Source: Bacteroidota bacterium (GTDB lineage Bacteria; Bacteroidota; Rhodothermia; Rhodothermales; Bin80). From it: a stretch of 64,000 nucleotides of DNA. Where the stretch lies: the NCBI GenBank assembly GCA_028873925.1, contig JAPPNA010000038.1:20013-84012 (forward strand). The letters are read 5' to 3'. Below the pieces are notes generated by a model, which was not told where the DNA came from, did not search any database, and saw only the letters and a program-made list of their open reading frames with translations. A program made the position numbers and the translations under genes. Positions 17,248 to 28,517 of this stretch are shown piece after piece. The stretch's first letter is position 1. The number at the start of each line of letters is the position of its first letter.

Positions 17248-20046
17248 TCACACCGCAGGCCGGGTAGACTTCCCACCGTGAACACTCGGCTCGGCGCACC
17301 ACTGAAGACGGAGCAGGTCCAATCCTTGCAAAAGGGACTCATCCATGCTAAGCATGCGGAATAAGGCCCTGTCGAGATCCTTGCGCACATTGTCCCGGTA
17401 GGCCTCATTTGCTGGCAAGAAAGATCGCATCTTGAACTCGTTGTAAATGTTATCGCAGGAGGCCAGCTGCCCTATAGTGAGCTTTCTGGCATCAATCGTG
17501 CGCAGCTCGGGTAGCCGCGATATCGTCAATCTCGCCCGCCCCTGCTGCTGCCGCGAACCCTGGTACCAGAAAGTCATCAGCCCCAGCGTTGAATTGGCCC
17601 ACAGAAGAACGGCGCGTGAATGTTTTTCATCAAGCGGAATCACATTTGGCCACGCTGTGCCTCCTATGCAGGATCGTGGAGTTAAGCACATGGCAAGGCT
17701 CTGTGAATTCAACTGGAAATCCAGATTGCTGTGCAATCTTGAGGCCTTAGCCCAAATCTCATTCGCGCGCGCTTCCCGCCCCGGACGCACATCCCCGCAG
17801 GAATCCGGCTGCACTTCAAACTGTCGCTCCTTGTGCGCGCTATGGCTCCACAGCATAGGATAGGTTGGGACCTCTCCGGCCCTTATGTCCCGGCGGGTGA
17901 AGGCACCCTGACGCTCGTTGACAATTTCCCGGTGGACCAGTCCCCGCTCGGCAATCTCTCCAAGCGGTACTATGGGAACGGCCCTGACTTGAGTCTCGCG
18001 CGGAAGTAACAGCTCACCCGTCTGGAGCGCTTTAGCCGCCCGTACGACCTCCTTGTGCAGAACACCGACCCCGCCGGCATCCAGGATTTGCTCCTTGAAT
18101 TTATGCCCTGCCCAAATCCTGTGTGCGCACTCACTGGCCTCCAGCAGTGTTCGCGGCCGAGCCGGAAGCGAAGTAAACTGGGTTCGCCCCCCCCCATTTT
18201 TTGTGGCCACTACAAGGCATTCAGCCATCCCCGTGTCAGCTGAAAATGCACGGGAATACTGACCACTTGATGCAATCCCAATGACCCGAATCCGGTCGTA
18301 ATGCTCATGCAGGGCCGCGCGTGCCCGCTTCCAGGAAGCTCCTGAGGTGAACGAAAAAGGCAGCACCAGAGCCAGCACACCGCCATGTTTGAGCTTAACA
18401 TGGGCCAGGTCCATAAAGTTTGAAGCCAAGCCGGCGTGGCCGCTGCCGAACAACATGCGCTTGCTCCGCTTGAGCTTCTCTGACATCGCCTTCTGCTCAT
18501 CTTCAGAGGTGTTGAATCCGGCAAATGATGGCACCGGAACATGGGCAATAGCGTGATTTGTCGGACGGGTGAAGGGCGGATTCATGATCACCACATCACA
18601 GGTCCCATCAGCGACATCGAGCCTTGAAGGCTTGCCCTCCCGTTCGCTCATGTCACCGCCAACAATTTGCATATCGCTGGTACTGAACAAACTGGGCACA
18701 TGCTGATCGGTAAGCAGGCTCAATGCACCGAGCGCCACCTCGCCTTCCTCATTCTTCCCGTACGGCAGTGTGTGGACCATTGAAGCCCTGTATACCAAAC
18801 CCGGATGAGGGCTGGAAAGCATGGAGGCCGTGATATGCGTGGCAGCGGGCATGATGTCTGAAGCAATCAGACTCCGCTCAACCATTTTCCGGTGGATGTG
18901 CCTGTCATTGCCGCCACCTCGCCTGAATCTGCGGTAGATGGCCCGCTGCACGGCAGAAATCAGAGTACCCGTCCCGCAGGCAAAATCGGCCACCCGAAGG
19001 CCGCAAATTGCATCGCCATCGGACCAGTCAATGTTCAGTCTGTCAATAGCCAAGTCGGCCAGCAGCTGAGCCGACTCCGGCAGCGTGTAGAATGTGGCCA
19101 GGTATTTCCGGTCAGCAATCAGCTTCTGAAACAAGCGGCCCGTGAGGTCATGGAATGTAGTTGATCCGAGCGCTGCCACCTGTTCCGATGCATCATTGAG
19201 TCTGGCGGCGACTCGTGGGACAAGGCGATCTGGAATTCGCCTTAGAATTTCCCTGGCGATGCTGAATACGGGCCAATAGTTTACTCGCAGAACCTCGCCC
19301 CAAGCCGCATCTATGCTGGATGCTGAGTAGTACTTGGCGCGTAGTTCGTAGAGCCCTGGTATACCCGGCTGATCCTCGATGGCGTAGTGGAATACGAACG
19401 CGTTGACCAAAATAGCGACAGCCATTTTGGTCGTCTGGTCCGAATCCGCCTGGTGAAGCAATTCCGCCATGGTCCCCAGAGCATGATCACTGATCTGCTG
19501 ATGGAGCATCAGTGAAACGCCTTCAATAGTGTCTTCTAGTATAGCTGCCCCAGCCTGCAGCCTCTTTTCGGATAGCGACACGAGCTCCACGGCATCTGCC
19601 AGGCGGTCCACACTGCCTTGAAGCCAATCGGTCTCCGGCCATCTGGTTACTGATTCGTCAACATCCAGGTGGTGTGTGGCATAGTTGAGATTCGCAGAAT
19701 TCAACCGGCCGGGATCTTGTCGGAGAAACTCCGGCATCCCTACTGAAATGGCACTCTCAATTCTCTCATTGATGCCCTTAACCATCTCTCCCAAACGCGA
19801 CTCTGCTTCACGTTCTACCTGAGGGCCCGCCCTGAATTCAGTTTCAATAGCCACCGGTTGCCCGCCGGGAGGCTGAACCAGAAGGTCCGGCCGGGCTGCC
19901 GAATTCCCCACCAGTACATCCGTACACTCCGCAAAAAGCGTTCTGTCGGGCACCCACTCCGGGTTGCGTTCACTCAGCAATCGGCCTAGCGCGCGATTCA
20001 GCGACGACTCAATATTCCTCGGCATCTGGCATGAATTTGGTGCCAA
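17248..20046 (-). CDS. Large single-polypeptide N6-adenine DNA methyltransferase with an N-terminal PD-(D/E)xK-like module (type IIG-like restriction-modification candidate)
   Basis: 932 aa. Putative nuclease motif ARPDLLVQPPGGQPVAIETEFRAG. SAM motif I VADFACGTGTLISAV. Motif IV VVIMNPPFTRPTN. ~400-aa C-terminal region with no recognised family. The start is TTG at 20046 or ATG at 20025, only 6-27 nt after the stop of the GMC oxidoreductase gene. Confidence 0.6.
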   Translation of the reverse strand: MAPNSCQMPRNIESSLNRALGRLLSERNPEWVPDRTLFAECTDVLVGNSAARPDLLVQPPGGQPVAIETEFRAGPQVEREAESRLGEMVKGINERIESAISVGMPEFLRQDPGRLNSANLNYATHHLDVDESVTRWPETDWLQGSVDRLADAVELVSLSEKRLQAGAAILEDTIEGVSLMLHQQISDHALGTMAELLHQADSDQTTKMAVAILVNAFVFHYAIEDQPGIPGLYELRAKYYSASSIDAAWGEVLRVNYWPVFSIAREILRRIPDRLVPRVAARLNDASEQVAALGSTTFHDLTGRLFQKLIADRKYLATFYTLPESAQLLADLAIDRLNIDWSDGDAICGLRVADFACGTGTLISAVQRAIYRRFRRGGGNDRHIHRKMVERSLIASDIMPAATHITASMLSSPHPGLVYRASMVHTLPYGKNEEGEVALGALSLLTDQHVPSLFSTSDMQIVGGDMSEREGKPSRLDVADGTCDVVIMNPPFTRPTNHAIAHVPVPSFAGFNTSEDEQKAMSEKLKRSKRMLFGSGHAGLASNFMDLAHVKLKHGGVLALVLPFSFTSGASWKRARAALHEHYDRIRVIGIASSGQYSRAFSADTGMAECLVVATKNGGGRTQFTSLPARPRTLLEASECAHRIWAGHKFKEQILDAGGVGVLHKEVVRAAKALQTGELLLPRETQVRAVPIVPLGEIAERGLVHREIVNERQGAFTRRDIRAGEVPTYPMLWSHSAHKERQFEVQPDSCGDVRPGREARANEIWAKASRLHSNLDFQLNSQSLAMCLTPRSCIGGTAWPNVIPLDEKHSRAVLLWANSTLGLMTFWYQGSRQQQGRARLTISRLPELRTIDARKLTIGQLASCDNIYNEFKMRSFLPANEAYRDNVRKDLDRALFRMLSMDESLLQGLDLLRLQWCAEPSVHGGKSTRPAV

Positions 20047-20052
20047 TGACCT

Positions 20053-21588
20053 CTACCCCGACAGTTTCTTCAGGTGGTCAGACAGCCTAAGCGCTAGCGC
20101 GATCAGGGTCAAGGTTGGATTTGGTGCGCCGGATGTCGGAAACACGGCCGCGCCCGCTACGAATAGATTTGCAATGCTGTGCACCCGGCAATTGGCATCC
20201 ACCACTCCCTGACTGCTGTCCCGATGCATGCGCACAGCGCCCATATGGTGAAAGCCGCCGCTCAAGAAGGAGGGCCACGAAGTGTCGTCCTCCAGCAGCC
20301 AATCCAGAATCTGGACCCGACCCAGCCCCGTGCGGCCGAATTCATGGGCAAGCTCACTAAACATCACGAGAATTGAGCGCTTATCTTGCGCAGTCAGCTT
20401 CCAGTGCAGGTCCACCTGCGGCATGCCCAGCGCGTCTGTCTGATCGCTAAGCAGCACGCGAGAATCGGGGTTGGGTGCCTGCTCCGACCGGCATTGCAGC
20501 CGGAAGTCACGACGCACCTCAACCGACAGCGGCAGCGGGACCGCAGGCACATCCGATGGGTCATGTTTGCGGAGCCACTGCCCGAGATCCCGCTCAGTGA
20601 AATTCTGAAAGAAGCTCCGCATCTGCGCCGGGAAAGTACCAGGGCGTAATGAAGCCGTGCCGTTGAGGACCCTGTGCTCACGCTGCATCTCTACTGAGAG
20701 GCCAAGTTCGGCGCTGGGCAGCCGAGGGCCGCCAAAGCTGTGTCGGTACAGGGGTAAAGCCGATGGCTCGCTCAATACCAGCTGCGCACCGCCCATCTCC
20801 AAGTGCTCGGCGAAGAATCGCCCTACCAGGTCACGGTCGTTGCCCAGCCCGGCGGCTGCCTGATTACTTGAGCTGAGCAAAAGACGGGCATTCTGAATAG
20901 TCCCGCACGCCAGAACATAATGCCGCGCCTCTACCCGATGGGACTTCCCGTTCGGGGTCTTCACGCGTAGGCCAACAGCCCGGCGGACAGACTCGTTAGC
21001 CTCAATTTCGACCGCATTCGCGTAGGTGTACAGATGCACATTCTCGGAATCCATCACCGGCTGACGATACCTGCTGCCGAATCGCGTCGGTGGGCTATAC
21101 TGCCACAGTTTATGCCGTATCCGGCGCTCATCAAAGGGTAAATGCCTTCTGTCCGGGGCCTGAGCTGCGTAATAGGCCGTGTCGTAGGCAAACGGCCCCA
21201 ACTCCACATACTGCTGCGCTCGCTCATAGAACGGAATCAGATGATCCAGGTCAAAGGGCCAGCCGCTGTAAGGCACCCACTCGCGTTTCATCAGATCCAC
21301 CTCATCCATCGGAGAACACCACCCCGCCCAGTGCCCCGTCGTACCGCCGAAATACCGCAGGCGCGCAGCCTCCAACGGCACCTGATACGGATCACCTAAA
21401 CTCTGGCCCCGATTGAGCGCCTGCAGCTCCGGCTCATAACTGAATCCGCCTCCCTCCAACAGAATGATCTTTTCTCTGTGACCCAGCCACTCTACTGCCA
21501 GACTGATGCCAGCAGCCCCGGCCCCGACTATGCAGAGATCGCCCTGAATCAGTGAGCCATCCTCAAGGGTGCGCGCATCCGTATGCAT
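20053..21588 (-). CDS. GMC family FAD-dependent oxidoreductase
   Basis: 511 aa. DLCIVGAGAAGISLAVEW (GxGxxG). C-terminal GMC signature HHMGAVRM...VVDANCRVHSIANLFVAGAAVFPTSGAPNPTLT. Confidence 0.88.
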   Translation of the reverse strand: MHTDARTLEDGSLIQGDLCIVGAGAAGISLAVEWLGHREKIILLEGGGFSYEPELQALNRGQSLGDPYQVPLEAARLRYFGGTTGHWAGWCSPMDEVDLMKREWVPYSGWPFDLDHLIPFYERAQQYVELGPFAYDTAYYAAQAPDRRHLPFDERRIRHKLWQYSPPTRFGSRYRQPVMDSENVHLYTYANAVEIEANESVRRAVGLRVKTPNGKSHRVEARHYVLACGTIQNARLLLSSSNQAAAGLGNDRDLVGRFFAEHLEMGGAQLVLSEPSALPLYRHSFGGPRLPSAELGLSVEMQREHRVLNGTASLRPGTFPAQMRSFFQNFTERDLGQWLRKHDPSDVPAVPLPLSVEVRRDFRLQCRSEQAPNPDSRVLLSDQTDALGMPQVDLHWKLTAQDKRSILVMFSELAHEFGRTGLGRVQILDWLLEDDTSWPSFLSGGFHHMGAVRMHRDSSQGVVDANCRVHSIANLFVAGAAVFPTSGAPNPTLTLIALALRLSDHLKKLSG

Positions 21589-21942
21589 TCACCAGCCCAC
21601 CATGGAATACAGGGCGCACTGCCGAGCCTCAGTCACCGACAGCATCCAGCCGTGCAAAACTACCGTGCGTCTGCCCGCGAATTCTTGACTGATGGCATTC
21701 GCCAACGCCGCCTCATGGTCAGTACTGCGTTTGATCGCGCCCAGAATCAATTGTGCCAGGCACCGGGCATTGTCTTCATCCGGGTAACGAAGCCGATAAC
21801 TCATTCCGAGCGTGTTGATCTGCGAGGCACTCAGCATCTCCTGCAGCGCCGGGACTGACCACCACGGCCGCTCTTCAGCATCGGCAACCGCCAGCCCCAC
21901 TGCTGCGATAGGTAAGCAGGCCATAAAGTCACGCCGAGTCAT
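21589..21942 (-). CDS. Small twin-arginine-signal subunit accompanying the GMC oxidoreductase
   Basis: 117 aa. MTRRDFMACLPIAAVGLAVA TAT signal. Its stop abuts the GMC start codon. Confidence 0.6.
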   Translation of the reverse strand: MTRRDFMACLPIAAVGLAVADAEERPWWSVPALQEMLSASQINTLGMSYRLRYPDEDNARCLAQLILGAIKRSTDHEAALANAISQEFAGRRTVVLHGWMLSVTEARQCALYSMVGW

Positions 21943-22247
21943 ACTTCTGAGTGCCGTTTATCCAATCGCAATATACGATCGGTGTCTCACCCTGAACTCA
22001 TGCTGCCGGACCGAACTGAGACCGCGGGCGGATTATGATTACTCTCCGCGGCGCGAGCCATTAGGCAGAGAACGAGCAGAGATCCAGACACCTTGGCGAA
22101 TCCGTTTCTGTGGAATTGTTTCAAGCTCATACCCCAAGGTCACTACTTTGTGTTTGCCAGAAAAAGCCGATTTTCGGAATTTCAAAGGTGCGACGTTCTC
22201 TGGCAAACACTATGTAAGGTCTTCCAACTTCCGCACCCGGTCCAACT

Positions 22248-25200
22248 GCTTCAATGAGGCCCAGGCCATGCGGCCCGGGATACCCGACCTGTTATGCGAT
22301 GAGTATGGCAAATCCGATACCGCTTCAATGAGGCCCAGGCCATGCGGCCCGGGATACCGGCGAGCGACCTCAACTCACGGCCTGTAGACCCTGAAGCTTC
22401 AATGAGGCCCAGGCTATGCGGCCCGGGATACTAGAAATCTGTACTATGCTAACTTACGCAATGGGTTCGCTTCAATGAGGCCCAGGCCATGCGGCCCGGA
22501 ATACGCCGCGCTTGTCCCGACCCGCGCGGAGAGTCAGGAATGCCTTCAATGAGGCCCAGGCCATGCGGCCCGGGATACAGCCAAGGAATCTCGTCGTAGG
22601 CTTCCAACTCCCCAACCTTCAATGAGGCCCAGGCCATGCGGCCCGGGATACCTGCGTGGTCTGCCCGACCCGCGTAAAGCGGACGTGCTTCCTTCAATGA
22701 GGCCCAGGCCATGCGGCCCGGGATACCATCGAGATCGAGACGGTCATGTCCATTCTGCACGGCCCTTCAATGAGGCCCAGGCCATCCGGCCCGGGATACG
22801 TGCCGGGTGCAGTTGTGTGCTGCGCAGTGACGACGTGCCTTCAATGAGGCCCAGGCCATGCGGCCCGGGATACCGGAGCTGATACCACGCACGATACAGC
22901 GAGTTGACCGCCTTCAATGAGGCCCAGGCCATGCGGCCCGGGATACCACATCATTTTCACACCACAGAACCGGATGAAGAGATACCTTCAATGAGGCCCA
23001 GGCCATGCGGCCCGGGATACAGGTCACGGGTCCAGAGGGGCAATGAATTACGGAGCACCTTCAATGAGGCCCAGGCCATGCGGCCCGGGATACATCGGAT
23101 TCGTAGCGCTCCGCCCCCCATCGGCGCCGCCTTCAATGAGGCCCAGGCCATGCGGCCCGGGATACGCTTGCGCGCACGAGCCAGCAGGATGCACCGATAC
23201 GTCCTTCAATGAGGCCCAGGCCATGCGGCCCGGGATACCCGTCATCAGACCGGCCTTTTGCCAGCCCAGATTCAGCCTTCAATGAGGCCCAGGCCATGCG
23301 GCCCGGGATACCCGTGACGGCCGCGGAGAGCGCCAGTCCGGACGGCGTGCCTTCAATGAGGCCCAGGCCATGCGGCCCGGGATACTGCTCTCAATGGGTG
23401 TTTTTTTTTCGCGCCCATCACCCTTCAATGAGGCCCAGGCCATGCGGCCCGGGATACGATACCTGCGCGTCGCGTGCTCAATGCAGCCGCCTACCTTCAA
23501 TGAGGCCCAGGCCATGCGGCCCGGGATACACCGATCACAGCGCGTTGAAGCTCCGGACCCAGCATCCTTCAATGAGGCCCAGGCCATGCGGCCCGGGATA
23601 CTGCGACATGAACGAATCACTAATCCCGAAGTCCTGCATCCTTCAATGAGGCCCAGGCCATGCGGCCCGGGATACTTCGATGGCGTTCTCGCCGATATGG
23701 GCGCTCTTCAGCCTTCAATGAGGCCCAGGCCATGCGGCCCGGGATACTTTCCGAGTATGAGCGCGGTGTCAGGATTCCGCCGACGCCTTCAATGAGGCCC
23801 AGGCCATGCGGCCCGGGATACCCGGATGAATCCAGTGCCTGCACTCCGGGTCCTCGACCCCTTCAATGAGGCCCAGGCCATGCGGCCCGGGATACCCCGC
23901 GCGATCGTGACCCTCCCGGCTATGGCCATGGGCCACCTTCAATGAGGCCCAGGCCATGCGGCCCGGGATACCATTTTTACTATCGCCTATGTGTGGGGGT
24001 ACAGTCCGTCCTTCAATGAGGCCCAGGCCATGCGGCCCGGGATACGGGACAACAATGCCGGCAGCCAGCCAGTCAACCGCCCCCTTCAATGAGGCCCAGG
24101 CCATGCGGCCCGGGATACCTTCTGAGTGCCGGCATGCTGGGGCTGTCCGTGGCGCTCCTTCAATGAGGCCCAGGCCATGCGGCCCGGGATACGAGGATGT
24201 CTGGATCGGCGAGGCCGCCTCGGGATCCCCTTCAATGAGGCCCAGGCCATGCGGCCCGGGATACATGAAGCCAGGTATCAGTGCGAACTCGCCCTAGAAC
24301 AGCCTTCAATGAGGCCCAGGCCATGCGGCCCGGGATACCAGTAAATATTCCTGATACTGCTCGCCGCCCGAGACATACCTTCAATGAGGCCCAGGCCATG
24401 CGGCCCGGGATACGCGGCGGACCGGGCGGAACGGCGGCGGCTGGCGGAATCCTTCAATGAGGCCCAGGCCATGCGGCCCGGGATACTTGCGGACAGTCCT
24501 TAGGTTCGCCGCACCTTTCAAACCTTCAATGAGGCCCAGGCCATGCGGCCCGGGATACCCGAACCCAACACCAGCTCACGGCCCACTTCACCCACTTCCT
24601 TCAATGAGGCCCAGGCCATGCGGCCCGGGATACCCTCACCCACGCCTTCCGGCGGGTGAATGTCCACATTCCTTCAATGAGGCCCAGGCCATGCGGCCCG
24701 GGATACATTCACTTCCAGCATCCCGAACGCCTGGAGGAGCATCCCTTCAATGAGGCCCAGGCCATGCGGCCCGGGATACCTGAAAGAAATTCCTCATGGA
24801 CGGCACACGCCGACCGGACCTTCAATGAGGCCCAGGCCATGCGGCCCGGGATACGATACAGGAATTGTCTAATATGGATAGTTTCTGACACCTTCAATGA
24901 GGCCCAGGCCATGCGGCCCGGGATACTACTCGATGAATACGAGGTCGAGGCAGGCTATGAGTACCTTCAATGAGGCCCAGGCCATGCGGCCCGGGATACG
25001 CTCCGTGGTGGCAAAGGCGCGGGACGATGGGATGTATCCTTCAATGAGGCCCAGGCCATGCGGCCCGGGATACACGCGCGGCCGCCCTGACCCAGCAGGC
25101 AAATCGGCTCCTTCAATGAGGCCCAGGCCATGCGGCCCGGGATACCTTCATTCCAGCGCCTTGAGGCCTGCAGCTGGTGCAACCTTCAATGAGGCCCAGG

Positions 25201-28006
25201 CCATGCGGCCCGGGATACGACCAATGGCAAGCTGGTGACATTCCTGTCCCGACCCCCTTCAATGAGGCCCAGGCCATGCGGCCCGGGATACGCGGCAGTG
25301 CCGGGGGCAGAAGACCATGAGGGATTTGTCCCTTCAATGAGGCCCAGGCCATGCGGCCCGGGATACTTGGCGGGATTGCATAACCCATCTGTCAGGTGGT
25401 GGGGGCCTTCAATGAGGCCCAGGCCATGCGGCCCGGGATACGGGTTGTGTCTATCGGCGGGACGATCCCAAAACTACCCCTTCAATGAGGCCCAGGCCAT
25501 GCGGCCCGGGATACACGTGCCGCGGGTAGTAGAGCTGGTCCGAATGTACCCCTTCAATGAGGCCCAGGCCATGCGGCCCGGGATACCTCAAACAGCGGGC
25601 GCAACCCCGAGACTCCATGGACAACCTTCAATGAGGCCCAGGCCATGCGGCCCGGGATACGCCGTCAACATCGGCAGTGGCCTGCCGGGTAATATGCCTT
25701 CAATGAGGCCCAGGCCATGCGGCCCGGGATACCCGATGACATACCTCAGCACCTACTGCCCGCCCGGAAGCCCCTTCAATGAGGCCCAGGCCATGCGGCC
25801 CGGGATACTTGGGATTCCCTGCCCGGCGGATACTTCGGACCCGGCACCTTCAATGAGGCCCAGGCCATGCGGCCCGGGATACTGGTGACGGTAACGATGT
25901 CATTCACGCGTTCATTCACCTTCAATGAGGCCCAGGCCATGCGGCCCGGGATACAATAGCAACGTCCGCCGAGGCCGGCAGGGTCCCTACCCTTCAATGA
26001 GGCCCAGGCCATGCGGCCCGGGATACTGTGCCCGGTCTGACGGTTCAGATTGAGCGGAGGGTCCTTCAATGAGGCCCAGGCCATGCGGCCCGGGATACCT
26101 GCACGATCTGCTTGTTAATGTCCGTGGCGGTATTCACCCTTCAATGAGGCCCAGGCCATGCGGCCCGGGATACCTTCTTTGCCCCCCACCTATGGGCCAT
26201 CCGCGTCTCCCTTCAATGAGGCCCAGGCCATGCGGCCCGGGATACTCTGAAAGACATTGTCGCCACGGCGACCGATTGGAACCTTCAATGAGGCCCAGGC
26301 CATGCGGCCCGGGATACGCGTAGTTGAATCGTCGTGACATGAGGCAATTTAGGTCCTTCAATGAGGCCCAGGCCATGCGGCCCGGGATACATGATCATCC
26401 ACTGAAGAATGCCGCCTGCCTGCTCGCCCTTCAATGAGGCCCAGGCCATGCGGCCCGGGATACCCCAATGGAAATCATCCTGCCCCCTCCTCCTCTATGA
26501 ACCTTCAATGAGGCCCAGGCCATGCGGCCCGGGATACTTTTCCTATAGGCAGCTTTGCGGTCTTCCTTAACACCCCCTTCAATGAGGCCCAGGCCATGCG
26601 GCCCGGGATACTTGCCGAGCATGTCCTACGCACGCACATGAGACTCTGGCCTTCAATGAGGCCCAGGCCATGCGGCCCGGGATACCCGGCCTCCAGGAAG
26701 CGGATTGTCTGGTGATCACCTCCCCTTCAATGAGGCCCAGGCCATGCGGCCCGGGATACATGAGCGAATCCTGTCGTTACAGCTGCTGGTCAACGCCCTT
26801 CAATGAGGCCCAGGCCATGCGGCCCGGGATACCGCACCCAGGTAGGCGTTGTCCGTCCAGTCTTTCACAACCTTCAATGAGGCCCAGGCCATGCGGCCCG
26901 GGATACTTTTGCTCGGAACCTGTGTAGAAGCCATTACCGGCACCTTCAATGAGGCCCAGGCCATGCGGCCCGGGATACCCTGGCTCCGCCTGGCAGGGGG
27001 ACCTGCTGGCGGTCAGCCTTCAATGAGGCCCAGGCCATGCGGCCCGGGATACGTCGTACACGCCGAGCTCTTCCGACAGATCTGACTTCCCTTCAATGAG
27101 GCCCAGGCCATGCGGCCCGGGATACGTGTCCAATGGAAATCATCCTGCCTCCTCCTCTATGACCTTCAATGAGGCCCAGGCCATGCGGCCCGGGATACCG
27201 GGCGTGCGCGGCAGCGACATTTTGGAATCCGTGAACCTTCAATGAGGCCCAGGCCATGCGGCCCGGGATACAACGGCAGAGCGGCTGTGGGTGAGCAGGG
27301 AAAATACCCGCCTTCAATGAGGCCCAGGCCATGCGGCCCGGGATACCGGGTCCACCCCGGCCAGCCATTCCATCGAGACACCAACCTTCAATGAGGCCCA
27401 GGCCATGCGGCCCGGGATACTTTTCCTATAGGCAGCTTTGCGGTCTTCCTTAACACCCCCTTCAATGAGGCCCAGGCCATGCGGCCCGGGATACTTGCAT
27501 GTCTGAGCATTCTCAGGAGTGTCATAGAAACACCTTCAATGAGGCCCAGGCCATGCGGCCCGGGATACGTCCTCAAACAACTCGCCCTTGCATTCCGGGA
27601 GTTCTTCCTTCAATGAGGCCCAGGCCATGCGGCCCGGGATACGGGACACGGTCGCGCCAATCCGACGGCTGTGCGGAACCTTCAATGAGGCCCAGGCCAT
27701 GCGGCCCGGGATACAATTCTGACCTCGCTGCTAAAGCCGAGTGAAAACTTCCTTCAATGAGGCCCAGGCCATGCGGCCCGGGATACTCAACCGCCAGGCC
27801 GGATCCCAGCGGTTCTTTGGGTTCCTTCAATGAGGCCCAGGCCATGCGGCCCGGGATACATGCCTCGGAAGTTGAAACAGGATCCCGTCGGCGTATCCTT
27901 CAATGAGGCCCAGGCCATGCGGCCCGGGATACGGCGTGTGGCGTGGTCAGGATCGGCTCCGCAAGGCAAGCCTTCAATGAGGCCCAGGCCATGCGGCCCG
28001 GGATAC
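22248..28006 (-). CRISPR. CRISPR array: 79 copies of a 36-nt repeat with 78 spacers of 36-40 nt
   Basis: Plus-strand repeat is CCTTCAATGAGGCCCAGGCCATGCGGCCCGGGATAC. All 79 start positions were located by hand, with periods of 72-76 nt. On the minus strand it reads GTATCCCGGGCCGCATGGCCTGGGCCTCATTGAAGG, with an 8-bp stem (one G-U pair), a GCAU loop and an ATTGAAGG 3' end. Variant repeats (position-1 C>G in repeats 1-4, plus SNPs in repeats 3, 4 and 8) occur only at the 22.2-kb end, so that end is the trailer. Confidence 0.97.
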
Positions 28007-28217
28007 TGCACCTGTCGCAAGCTCTTATGATACCACTATTTGCGGAAGGACCTGCGAGAGGTAGTTAACTTCGGACAATTCCTGGCCAACAAGTGTTGTA
28101 AAATAGCAGAATGTCAAAGAGCTAACTCCTTGTGTTAGCACACAATACGAGAGTCGCGAGAGCTGCCCAAGAACTTGACACCGCTGAAGCGCTCGCACCA
28201 CCAACGGCGAGCACATT
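28007..28217 (-). promoter_or_regulatory. Putative CRISPR leader between cas2 and the first (newest) repeat
   Basis: 211-bp non-coding, visibly AT-richer stretch directly abutting the non-degenerate end of the array and downstream of cas2. No promoter motif was confidently identified. Confidence 0.6.
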
Positions 28218-28511
28218 TCACACAATCGTGGGCTGCCGCTTGGGTGCTTCGTACTGCCTGCCGAGACTCTCCACCCTTACATCAACTTTATCCGCTGGTC
28301 CCAGATCCATGATAAGGATGTGATCTTGGGCCATATTCATCGCCTCTTCCAAACTCGCGGTCATCTCGGATCTTCGCCGCCCAGTTAGCCTGCACTGGAA
28401 CACAGAAAATTGAAGCCAATGTCCGAAACCCTTCAGGATTCGGAAAACCCGTCGCAAACGCTTGGGATCCGAAATGTCGTAGGTCACTATGTATAACCGT
28501 TCATTAGCCAT
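28218..28511 (-). CDS. cas2: CRISPR-associated endoribonuclease Cas2
   Basis: 97 aa. LYIVTYDISDPKRLRRVFRILKGFGHWLQFSVFQCRL is a typical Cas2 N-terminus. Confidence 0.92.
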   Translation of the reverse strand: MANERLYIVTYDISDPKRLRRVFRILKGFGHWLQFSVFQCRLTGRRRSEMTASLEEAMNMAQDHILIMDLGPADKVDVRVESLGRQYEAPKRQPTIV

Positions 28512-28517
28512 GCCACC

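Noticed and set aside
22449-28030. Dozens of 60-217-aa ORFs on both strands with recurring peptides (MRPRPCGPGY, FNEAQAMRPGI, IPGRMAWASLK, YPGPHGLGLIEG)
   Set aside because: They are translations of the 36-nt CRISPR repeat read through spacers in different frames. The periodicity equals the repeat unit. They are not genes.
28100-28135. TTGACA hexamer on the crRNA strand within the leader, considered as the array promoter -35 element
   Set aside because: No acceptable -10 element lies at 16-19 bp spacing, and the promoter consensus for this lineage is unknown. I left the region as a generic leader.
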